Below, one piece after another: positions 1 to 8,654 of a stretch of DNA of 64,000 nucleotides; within the stretch, counting starts at the first letter, position 1; every line of letters begins with the position of its first letter. The DNA is from Nemertoderma westbladi (taxonomy: Eukaryota; Animalia; Xenacoelomorpha): assembly GCA_032718475.1 (NCBI GenBank), contig JAUCBJ010006714.1, forward strand, positions 1 to 64,000, given 5' to 3'. The position numbers and the translations under genes are program-made. The notes beneath the pieces are model-generated. The model had not been told where the DNA came from. It ran no database searches and was given only the letters and a program-made list of their open reading frames with translations.

Positions 1-175
1 CTTGTGGCTTTCTGAGCGAATCCCGATTTCTTATCCAGCGAATTGTTGAGCAATCACATGGAAAAAAACTTAAAGATAAACGCAAATAAATCTGAAGAAC
101 TATGTTTCATTCCAATGAACCTTAAAGAACAGAAAGTTCTAGATATCGCACAAGACTTGTTGGCAAATGTCAACG
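1..175 (+). mobile_element. Possible decayed non-LTR retrotransposon (LINE) reverse transcriptase C-terminal fragment
   Basis: Frame 1 reads LVAF*ANPDFLSSELLSNHMEKNLKINANKSEELCF, resembling the N-x-L-x-(I/L)-N-x-x-K-(S/T) motif at the end of CR1/L2-type RT domains. It has an in-frame stop and is followed by AT-rich low-complexity sequence. Motif resemblance only. Confidence 0.35.
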
Positions 176-798
176 TATTTTCAATTTTTATTTATTTATT
201 TATTATTTTACTTAGCCTGATTTTAATTTTCATTAAGTTGCTAATCTCAGCTAACAAGTGACATATTATTTCTGTAATTATAAAGTTTTATGTAATCTGT
301 GTTTGTTTATGTAGGTAATTTTTGCTTGCTGACTTTTACTCGTTCTCTTTAATTTCACTCCATTCTCTCTTTAACTCTTTAACCATTATCTCTTAATCTC
401 TCTTTAAGAGGCTGTTTAAATTAAACACAGCCAGCAAATTTGTAATGTAAGTCTTCCAGTCCATATTTCAAATGCTACCGGCTGACCGGTAGCCTACTTA
501 GTACCTGTCAGCCTGTAGGGTAGGCCTACCTGCCTACTGTCTAACTGTAGTGTAGTACAGTAGTAGGCCTTTTATTACCAACTTTTAATACTTTGCAGTC
601 TTAGACTTAAAAAATAATAACTACCCTACGGTCAGCCGGTACCGGTACTAAAGATTTTTAATTATTAGGCCTATGTATGACTTCTGGACTTATATAATAG
701 GCCTATCTGCCTATAGATGTCGAATTTTACTATATATTTTACCAGTTTACTGTTTTTTTTAATACTTTTCACAAATGCCTACAGTAGGGGCCTCTGGG

Positions 799-1140
799 CA
801 GTCAGGGAAAACATCCCCGTGGGGATATGTGAAATTTAGGCTTAATTTCTCAACCTATCCTAGTCAGGATAGATGACATATCCCCACCAGGATAGATGGC
901 ACATTTTCCATTTTTTCGGTTTGCGCAAAAATTGGTTGGATGGCTATGTATTTCTTCGGTATTACAATGATCAATAGGTTACAAAAATTGTAAAATTTCA
1001 CGCCCTTGTCATTGGTAAGATTTATAAGAAGATTATAGGGGTTTTAAATTCACATTGATTTCTATCCTGCTGGGGATATTATCGACATATCCCCAGCAGG
1101 ATATGTTTTATTTATATCCTGGTGGGGATATTTTGGATAT
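799..1140 (+). repeat. Left terminal inverted repeat (~340 bp) with repeated quasi-palindromic ATATCCCC-N-AGGATA motifs
   Basis: Reverse complement of 3561-3924. The motif catatccccaccaggata and variants recur in both orientations (e.g. ~877, ~1062, ~1086, ~1115). Confidence 0.9.
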
Positions 1141-1407
1141 ATCCACAGTAGGATATGTTATAGAATAATATGTGTGTTTCCTATTCAGCATATCCTATTC
1201 AGGATATGCTAGGCAGTTGCTGGTGTGGGTGTTTCTACTGTATAGGATTTTGAGGGTGAAAGACATTTGATTTATCTGTCAGTAATTGTTAGGCAAATTA
1301 TTACGAAACTGCAGTCTGAATACTGGTAGGGCTACCGGTACTTATTAGACCCTATTACGATAGTTTGTTCTGTACCAGAATAATTCTGATTATTAATTAT
1401 TTTGATA

Positions 1408-1975
1408 ATGGCTTCCGGTGCGGTAAATATAGGGCCTAAAGAACCACGGAAGGGCCGTGTTGAAACTTGCTTCTGTTCCAATTTATCCGATCTATGCTCA
1501 ACTGAAACTAGTGAAAATTTTTACACGAGGAATAAAATTTTCGAACTTCTTCTTTGGGTCCAAAATCCCAAAAGCTATGTTGGACCATTACATACCAGGG
1601 AGTCTATGGTAATGAATTATGTAGATTCGTCCAAGTTTGGTGTCATGGTTAGAGCTGCCACTTCGCCTGCAGCATCTTACCCCACTCAACAGACAATCAT
1701 ACAGGCATCTTCTGTAGACTTCCCTGAAGTGTCGCCGTCTAAAGATATATGTATTGCGATAGATAACTTTCAATTTGTAGGCAAAACCTACCGCCTTTTC
1801 AATAAGGGTGTACCAATAAGCAAGGTTTGCTCAGTGATCAGCATACCTTAATTGTCAGGATTTATTAATTCAAAGGCACCCAATTCAGTCTGTCAGTTCA
1901 TTGACCTAACTGGATTGGATGTAGCCGAATGAGTGGAGGCCTTTATTGAAATTGAATTGATTGTAACATTGTTTA
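1408..1975 (+). pseudogene. Probable decayed transposase fragment inside the TIR element
   Basis: ORF 1402-1851 contains SYPT...ICIAIDNFQFVGKTYRL, a hydrophobic strand ending in DN as at the first catalytic Asp of RNase H-like transposases. The frame continues protein-like past stops at 1849 and 1930. Too short for an intact transposase. Confidence 0.45.
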
Positions 1976-2269
1976 TGTTACATTTAACATAACGTAACTA
2001 TATTTAAATTATATAATATTAAGTCTGTACTGGTGTCAAAATATATAATGCAACTATCAGACTATCCCCAAAGGCATAATAATTAAAGAACCCAAAAATA
2101 AAGTAAACTGAAACTAAAGGTGTAGGCCTACTAAGGATTGAACTAAGTTGTCCCTTCTTCTTCCAACGGAAGTTGTGGAGGGCACTCCCCTTCGCCTTCA
2201 GTAATGACTGGGGGTGATAAACCCGTTTCTTTCTAGCGCTAGCAGTGGCTGATGATTCATCTGGCTGTA

Positions 2270-2940
2270 GTTCGTGTTGTCCACTTACTCCATCTATCTC
2301 TGACATCATCTGTCCATCCACTCCATCTACCCCCAGCACCTCCTGTCCATCCACTCCATCTACCTCCGATATCGCCTCTCCACTCACTCCATCTATCTCC
2401 GACATCCCCTGTCCACCCACTCCATCTACCTCCAACATTCCTACACCTCCTGTCCATCCACTCCATCTACCTCCGATATCGCCTCTCCACTAACTCCATC
2501 TATCTCCGACATCCCCTGTCCACCCAATTTCATCTACCTCCAACATATCCTCTCCATCCACTCCATCTACTTCCGATATCGCCTCTCTACCCACTCCATC
2601 TATCTCCGACATCCCCTCTCCACCCACTCCATCTACTTCCAACACCTCCTGTCCATCCACTCCATCTACCTCCGATATCGCCACTCCACCCACTCCATCT
2701 ATCTCCAACATCCCCTGTCCACCCACTCCATCTACCTCCAACACCTCCTGTCTGCCTGTCCACCCACTCCATCTATCTCCGATATCGACTCTCCACCAAC
2801 CAGCCAACTCCATCTCTCTCCGACATCACCTGTCCACCCACTCCATCTACCTCCAACACCTCCTGTCCACCCACTCCATCTACCTCCGATATCGCCTCTC
2901 CACCCACTCCAACATCCCCTGTCCATCTATATCCATCTAT
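2270..2940. repeat. 33-bp minisatellite with 3-monomer (99-bp) higher-order structure
   Basis: Monomer type ccactccatctacctccgatatcgcctctccac. Three variants alternate (..tatctccgacatcccctgtc / ..tacctccaacacctcctgtc / ..tacctccgatatcgcctctc), ~20 monomers. It accounts for the overlapping repetitive ORFs on both strands. Confidence 0.9.
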
Positions 2941-2995
2941 CCAGTTAAGTTCAATCAGTCAATTTGTCTGAAGTTTAGTATGTTTACTGTATATA

Positions 2996-3233
2996 CAGTT
3001 ATAGTTCATATCCGTACCTCTGGTATTTTCGTATTGCAAAAATAAGACTATACGTATGAAATACCCTATGTTATTTTGAGATATTGTTTATTGTTTTGGT
3101 TAGAAAAGCCCACCACTGTAACCTGCTCCTTTCCGTTAATTAAGTAATGGAGATTAGTTTATTGTTTTGGTTAGAAAACACCACCACTGTAACCTGCTTC
3201 TTTTGCCAGAGGTACGCATATGAACGATAACCG
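2996..3233. mobile_element. Nested ~240-bp MITE flanked by TA (Tc1/mariner/pogo-like)
   Basis: TA|CAGTTATAGTTCATATCCGTACCTCTGG ... CCAGAGGTACGCATATGAACGATAACCG|TA, 28-bp TIRs with 3 mismatches. Internal ~45-bp direct repeat (tttattgttttggttagaaaa..caccactgtaacctgct) at ~3087 and ~3158. Confidence 0.75.
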
Positions 3234-3560
3234 TATATACTGTACAACTCTACTGTAGACAGATATACCGGTATCAGTGTACTGTACAGACTGAGTTGTT
3301 GAGGGACTACCAGACTACAGGTCTACCCTTCAGTCAGCCAGGTACCGAAGTAGACTACCTATTATACCGGTTGTTATATTACTTTCGCACAGAAGGCAAT
3401 ACAGCATTAAGGCTACCAACTAACATCTACGTGTACGGTACGTGTAAGCTTAGAGGCAATCCTTCTGGGGATATGCCACAAAACTTACATAAAACAAGCT
3501 ACTGGCTGACTGGCAGACTGGTACATTATTCTAAAACATAGGCCTATCCTAAGACTGAAG

Positions 3561-3924
3561 ATGTCCAAAATATCCCCACCAGGATATAAATAAACATGAA
3601 TGAACTTTATCGTGAAACATATCCCGCTGGGGATATGTTGATAATATCCCCAGCAGGATAGAAATCAATGTGAATTTAAAACCCCTATAATCTTCTTATA
3701 AATCTTGCCAATGACAAGGGCGTGAAATTTTACAATTTTTGTAGCCTATTGATCATTGTAATACCGAAGAAATACATAGCCATCCAACCAATTTTTGCGC
3801 AAACCGGAAAAATGGAAAATGTGCCATCTATCCTGGTGGGGATATGTCATCTATCCTCACTAGGATAGGTTGAGAAATTAAGCCTAAATTTGACATATCC
3901 CCACCGGGATGTTTTCCCTGACTG
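3561..3924 (-). repeat. Right terminal inverted repeat
   Basis: Reverse complement of 799-1140. Confidence 0.9.
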
Positions 3925-3940
3925 CTGGGCTTACAGTACA

Positions 3941-3985
3941 GCCTACCAACTTCCCAATTCCAACGGAATTGGGAAGTTGTTAGGC
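3941..3985. repeat. Near-perfect short palindrome/hairpin
   Basis: caacttcccaattcc-aac-ggaattgggaagttg is a perfect 15-bp stem with a 3-nt loop (3947-3979), extended by gccta/taggc. Confidence 0.75.
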
Positions 3986-4309
3986 CTACCTTACCTACCA
4001 TACCTACTCCACTGCCACTCCACTCCATTGGCCTTGCAGCCTCGGTAGACATATCAGCATATCGATATCACATCACACCAGCAGCGGTAGTGGTACCGGT
4101 AGTAGATATATGAAAAGGTTAGGACCTGGACCTGTAGTCTGTAGATAATATGGGAATATTACTTCATTAATTAAGCCTAAAATATAGGCCTAAATAATTC
4201 GCTGTCCTTTTGCTGTTAGTCATTAGTTAAACATTGGGTACGGTACGGGCTACGGGACAAAATTGACTAGTTATTTTGTGATATTGTTATTGATTGGTTA
4301 ATTTCTAAA

Positions 4310-4837
4310 ATGAAACGATCTTTTGCTTCCTCTGACACGCATGACCATCGCTACCGCCACGGCAATCAACATGCACAGGTTGCACAGCGTAATATCTCAA
4401 AGCTGTACAATTTACACCCGCATGTTACTGTGGATGTGAGGCCTCCTGCGGCTGCACCTATTACCGGTATCATAAAGAAACCTTTTCCTCGAGGTGATAA
4501 ATTTCCGGAAAGAAACGCTCATCCGCATGTATCCTCGAGAGACTCACACCATCGCGCTCGCGTACCACCGAAAGCCACCCATGTACGTGCGGACGCACAA
4601 AGCGTCCGAATGAACTCACCATCATTGAGGGCCCTGCCACAAGTCGCTAAACCCGCTGATAAAAAGGATCAAGTCGCTAAGCCCGCTGATAAAAAGGATC
4701 AAGTCGCTGTACCGGGACACCAGGTGACTGTCAACAGCGTTCAGCGGAAGGTAGGGGTACTGGAGTCACCTCCTCCTGGTCGTCTACCCAACAGCAGTGC
4801 AAGTTCCCGTGGAAACAAACGCGATTCCATTTGCTAA
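4310..4837 (+). CDS. gld-2: N-terminal low-complexity basic region of the GLD-2-like gene (ORF1; junction to ORF2 unresolved)
   Basis: ATG in AAAATG context where GC content rises sharply; 175 open codons; in-frame 30-bp duplication (QVAKPADKKD x2); overlaps ORF2, whose frame is +1 and open from 4755. Confidence 0.65.
   Translation: MKRSFASSDTHDHRYRHGNQHAQVAQRNISKLYNLHPHVTVDVRPPAAAPITGIIKKPFPRGDKFPERNAHPHVSSRDSHHRARVPPKATHVRADAQSVRMNSPSLRALPQVAKPADKKDQVAKPADKKDQVAVPGHQVTVNSVQRKVGVLESPPPGRLPNSSASSRGNKRDSIC
4640..4708 (+). repeat. 30-bp coding tandem repeat (2.3 copies)
   Basis: caagtcgctaa(a/g)cccgctgataaaaaggat x2 plus caagtcgct. Confidence 0.85.
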
Positions 4838-6122
4838 GCGACCGAAGTTGGATACCCCCGAGGCCCCACCGCAAACATCCAACGACAACCAAAACCGTAT
4901 AATCCCTTGCTTCCTATTAGAGGATTGTACCGATGATGACGATGACATTAGAACCGTTAAGATTTCGAGTTCGCAACTCGACCAATCAGTAATCGAAATA
5001 AATCATTCGAACTCGAACAAACGCTCAGGTTCCTCCGCCTATTTCTACGTGGATTCCTCAGACTCCGACGAACCAAACAACAGCAGCGTAAATTCCGAGC
5101 CCGAAGGATTAATAAACAGTCTGCGAACGGTTTCGGACCACCGAATCGCGGCTCTTAGTAAACAGATGTTGGATTACTACAACAGATTCAAACAGCTGCC
5201 GCACAACGTACAACTTAAGATTAAATTACGCGACGCCCTGTGCGCCCTCATTAAGGTTCCTTTCTTCCAGTGTTACGTCCATATCGTGGGATCCTCCCAG
5301 AACGGTTTCGCTAGCTCCACCAGCGACGCTGATATGTGCGTGGTCATTCCGACCCAGTTGCGAAGCAACCAGAAGCGTAGCGACGTGGTGCAGACTTTGC
5401 ATCGGATCCGCGGTCTACTGCGGCAGTGTTCGTTCGTGACTCGCCCGCTGGTGGTGCCCGCCAAGGTGCCCATCATCCGCTTCACCGACTCCTACTCGGG
5501 TTTCGACTGCGATCTCAACATTAACAACCTCGTCGGCATTCGGAACACACATCTGCTCCGCGCCTACGGGATGTTGGACTCCCGAGTCGTTCCCTTTATA
5601 TTTGTGGTTAAGTACTGGGCTCGTCAGCTGGGAATAAACCACGCCCCTAGCGGCACGTTGAGTAGCTACTGTCTGGCATTGATGGCGATTAACTTCCTTC
5701 AGCAGGTTCAGCCCCCCGTAGTTCCCTCCCTGCAGACATCTGCCTCCCAATATTTCAACCGGGACATCCCCGTGGTTAACTTGTCTCGTCTCGAGTCTCT
5801 GGATTTATCCTGGTGGACGAGCTCCAACTCCTCCTCTCTGGGCGAGTTGTTCCTCTGGTTTCTCCGCTACTACGCCGAGTTCGAGTTCTCCAGACTGGTC
5901 ATGTCAGTCCGGACGGCGGGCGTTCTCTCGGACACTCGGAACTCCGAGAGTTTCCGCGATAAACACATCGCCATAGAGGAGCCTTACGACCTGTCCAACA
6001 CCGCCCGCGCCGTCTACAGCGCAGGACACTTCCAGACCATTCTATCGGCCTTCCGTAAAACCGCGAATCTCTCTACAACTGACTCGGATCTCTATAAGTT
6101 AATGGCGGCCCCACGAACGTAA
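4797..6122 (+). CDS. gld-2: GLD-2/TENT2 (PAPD4)-type non-canonical cytoplasmic poly(A) polymerase, catalytic and PAP-associated domains
   Basis: GSSQNGFASSTSDADMC (GS + DxD), AKVPIIRF, DLNINNLVGIRNTHLL (third Asp), GTLSSYCLALM, IEEPYDLSNTARAV match the GLD-2 family (human: GSSLNGFG..SDGDLC, DLNVNNIVGIRNTFLL, EEPFDGTNTARAV). No introns across the domain. First in-frame ATG is at 5166. Confidence 0.92.
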   Translation: MQVPVETNAIPFAKRPKLDTPEAPPQTSNDNQNRIIPCFLLEDCTDDDDDIRTVKISSSQLDQSVIEINHSNSNKRSGSSAYFYVDSSDSDEPNNSSVNSEPEGLINSLRTVSDHRIAALSKQMLDYYNRFKQLPHNVQLKIKLRDALCALIKVPFFQCYVHIVGSSQNGFASSTSDADMCVVIPTQLRSNQKRSDVVQTLHRIRGLLRQCSFVTRPLVVPAKVPIIRFTDSYSGFDCDLNINNLVGIRNTHLLRAYGMLDSRVVPFIFVVKYWARQLGINHAPSGTLSSYCLALMAINFLQQVQPPVVPSLQTSASQYFNRDIPVVNLSRLESLDLSWWTSSNSSSLGELFLWFLRYYAEFEFSRLVMSVRTAGVLSDTRNSESFRDKHIAIEEPYDLSNTARAVYSAGHFQTILSAFRKTANLSTTDSDLYKLMAAPRT

Positions 6123-6159
6123 CTTGCTGCATGGGGGGAGTGTAACATGCAAATATGTC

Positions 6160-6165
6160 AATAAA
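6160..6165 (+). promoter_or_regulatory. Candidate polyadenylation signal of the GLD-2-like gene
   Basis: AATAAA ~40 nt downstream of the stop codon. Confidence 0.55.
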
Positions 6166-6439
6166 TGCTGTTTAATTTCCCCAGAGTCCCGTTCGATAGT
6201 TAATGGAACTTTTAAACTTTAATATTTTGAGACTCGCCCCACTGACCAATATTAATCTGGACCTTCAGGGCAAACTTCCATTTTAATAGAAAATTCGAGG
6301 ATTTTTATTCTCTCAATTTCATTTGTTACAATATTATAACCCTTACAAACCCAGGTTATGCCATTTTAAGACCGATTTTGAATGATACATGCGAACGACG
6401 AAATAATCCGAACAAAATGTTTTCCGGAGTGTCTGAATC

Positions 6440-7401
6440 ACATAAGATTGGATATTGAGGTAGAGCAGAATGCGTTTTTAACTCATTTTGCTTCATCACA
6501 ATAAACTATCTCGCATTCCTGCACTCCCTCAATTACTTGTCTATCAGTTTAGATTGTTGATGTACAAACCAGCCAATCACAGCCAATTCCATTCCAGCAT
6601 TCTAATTACTGCACTCTGATTGGCAGTACAGACTGTGAGTTGTCATTAGCAATAATTACAGTTACTTTGCAGTTTGCACTGACTTTACGTTCTTTGGGGA
6701 AGGGACCCGGCCGGATAAGAAGTGCAAGAGTATCTGAAGTTTTGTTGCGTGGACGATCACTCGATATAGGTTTATTTTATTTAATATTGAAATTAATTAT
6801 CAAGGAACAACATTTTAGAGTGCACCAAACATTTTCCCGCCACCAGAACTCTACCATCACCAGAAGACGATTTATTTATTATGTTACTTATCAACGGAGT
6901 GTATATCTGAAAATTTAAAACAGTGGGAAATTTAAAAAACTAAATTAGTTGGTAGGCCTACACACTGACACAACGTGCAGCGGGTCGGGGCGGCTAATCT
7001 GTTACTGGCAACCCTGCACCATCCTCAAAGACTTGGCCGCTTCTCCACTTCACCCTGGAGCCACTCGATACAGTGCGGGTAGGTGCATTCTTCTTCTTAT
7101 AATGTCACCCATCATAACAACCAGTTGCTATGGTAAGGTTGTACCTGTAAGGTAACGCGACTACCACGATTCATAACATTGACCGTTCGAAAGTGCATAC
7201 CGGTACCGGTACTCAATATAGGCAGTCGCAGACAGACAGACATTACGTTTATTACATCAAGCATTTCGACTGATAGACAAGGTTGAGGACTGATCGACTG
7301 ATTGAGGCTGGAGTGCAAGAATATAAGGTAGTTTATTATTCTGTTTATTGGGGTGAAGAAAATGAGCTAAAATAGCTGTACCTCAATATCTAATCTTATA
7401 T
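6440..7401. mobile_element. Non-autonomous TIR element with 9-bp TSD (MULE/MuDR-like by TSD length)
   Basis: Left acataagattggatattgaggtagagc, right gctgtacctcaatatctaatcttatat (reverse complements, 3 mismatches), with weaker similarity extending to ~65 bp. GTCTGAATC is duplicated at 6431-6439 and 7402-7410. Confidence 0.8.
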
Positions 7402-8654
7402 GTCTGAATCCAATGCAATCGAATCCACCTGTCCTTGTTTTGGTTGTTGCCATGCCAATATTGGAATATCCTGGCTTATCCTAAACCAACTATATATTTT
7501 TATATTCTTTGCTGTATACATTGAATCATACCATTTGTTCCTTTACAAATTATTAATCTGTTGACTTTAACCTAATTTTAATGGAATATTTTTTCATTTT
7601 AATTCCTATTTTTATGGCCGATTCAGTAAATTTCGCAATCGGCCGGAATTCGGTTAAGTTGCAACTGAAATAGCAATAAAATTTTAATTATATACCGGAG
7701 GACATATTGTACACTTTGTATTCGAGCGACTTGGGGCAATAAAGCAGCAGTCTTTGTTGACTTCTTATTTATGTCGGTATGTAAAGCTATTTGGTGCGTT
7801 ATTTCTGCCAAGTTCTATATAATGCAAGGTCAGTATAATAAGTAACTAACGTTCTGCGAAAACATATTTATTTTACTCAGTCGATTAGTATTTATAACAA
7901 CACTCCCAACTGTTGTTCTCATCTCTACAAATCGAAGTACTTACAGCAAGTGGGAAGTTGGAAAGCTATACGTGGCTGGACTATATTATTATTATTATTA
8001 TGATTGAAATTTGCAGAACCAATATAAAAAGACGTGGGCGACGGGCGTGTCTAAATAACTATACGTAATCTAATGGGGTACACAGGGACTATCGAGTTGC
8101 TCTATAGCATTGTTGATAAAGCTTAGCTTAGCTGATAAATAAAAATATAATTGACAATAAAAGCATATTCGATGTGAATATTTATTGTAGTTATTGTGAG
8201 TATTTCCCTTTTTTCTCCCTTTTGTTTGTTTAACACGTGAATATTCCACCGTGAATTATTATATCGTGAATATCCCAGTCAGCATACTACTACTAGATGA
8301 TGAGCTAACATGAAATATGTTGATACTTTATTTAATTCGAATATAGTATGATTTATTGTGTAATATAAAATGTGATTTTCTTTGCCCAAGGTAAAGTAAC
8401 TTAAGGTCCTACCGATCCCTCAAATATTTCTATAAAAATATTCGTATAAAACAGCATTTAGATAATTTTCCTTTTAAAATTGGATATTAAATATGTACTG
8501 TAGTACGACAACGACGACTTCACACGGTCCGCTAATTATACCGCTACACAAAGGCTCTGGCCAAGCTTCGTGGCTCGCCCCACAATATAATTGCTACACC
8601 CAGATTTTATGTGAATTTTGGCTCGGCCTGTAAATATTTCAAAAACGTCAACTA

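Larger units (their letters stand above)
799..3924. mobile_element. Non-autonomous or decayed DNA transposon with long TIRs and 5-bp target-site duplication
   Basis: Ends are CAGTCAGGGAAAACATCCC (799) and GGGATGTTTTCCCTGACTG (3924). TIR arms ~799-1140 and ~3561-3924 are near-identical reverse complements (a few substitutions, ~21-bp extra in the right arm). CTGGG flanks both sides (794-798 and 3925-3929). Confidence 0.9.

Noticed and set aside
476-641. Short inverted repeat (taccggctgaccggtag / ctacggtcagccggta) as a MITE
   Set aside because: Only ~16 bp with an indel and no convincing TSD; accggt and taggcct motifs are common in this region.
799-830. RAG/Transib RSS-like terminus
   Set aside because: The TSD is 5 bp, but the ends start CAG rather than CAC and no heptamer-spacer-nonamer is evident.
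2245-2971. Several overlapping repetitive ORFs (PTPSTS-, HPLHL- and RWSGW-rich)
   Set aside because: Produced by the 33-bp minisatellite being stop-free in several frames; at most one frame could be a decayed exon.
4751-4797. 44- or 47-nt intron joining GLD-2 ORF1 and ORF2
   Set aside because: A phase-0 donor joined to these CAG acceptors enters the wrong frame and reaches a stop at ~4900.
5273-5750. Minus-strand ORFs within GLD-2
   Set aside because: Antisense shadows of a GC-rich coding region.
4797-6122. TUT4/7 or Cid1-type uridylyltransferase, or cGAS/OAS-like enzyme
   Set aside because: Motifs match GLD-2; no His in the nucleotide-recognition loop and no zinc knuckles.
6640-7811. Short ORFs at 6640, 6949, 7112 and 7623 as standalone genes
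   Set aside because: Non-ATG starts, no recognisable motifs, and mostly inside a non-autonomous element.
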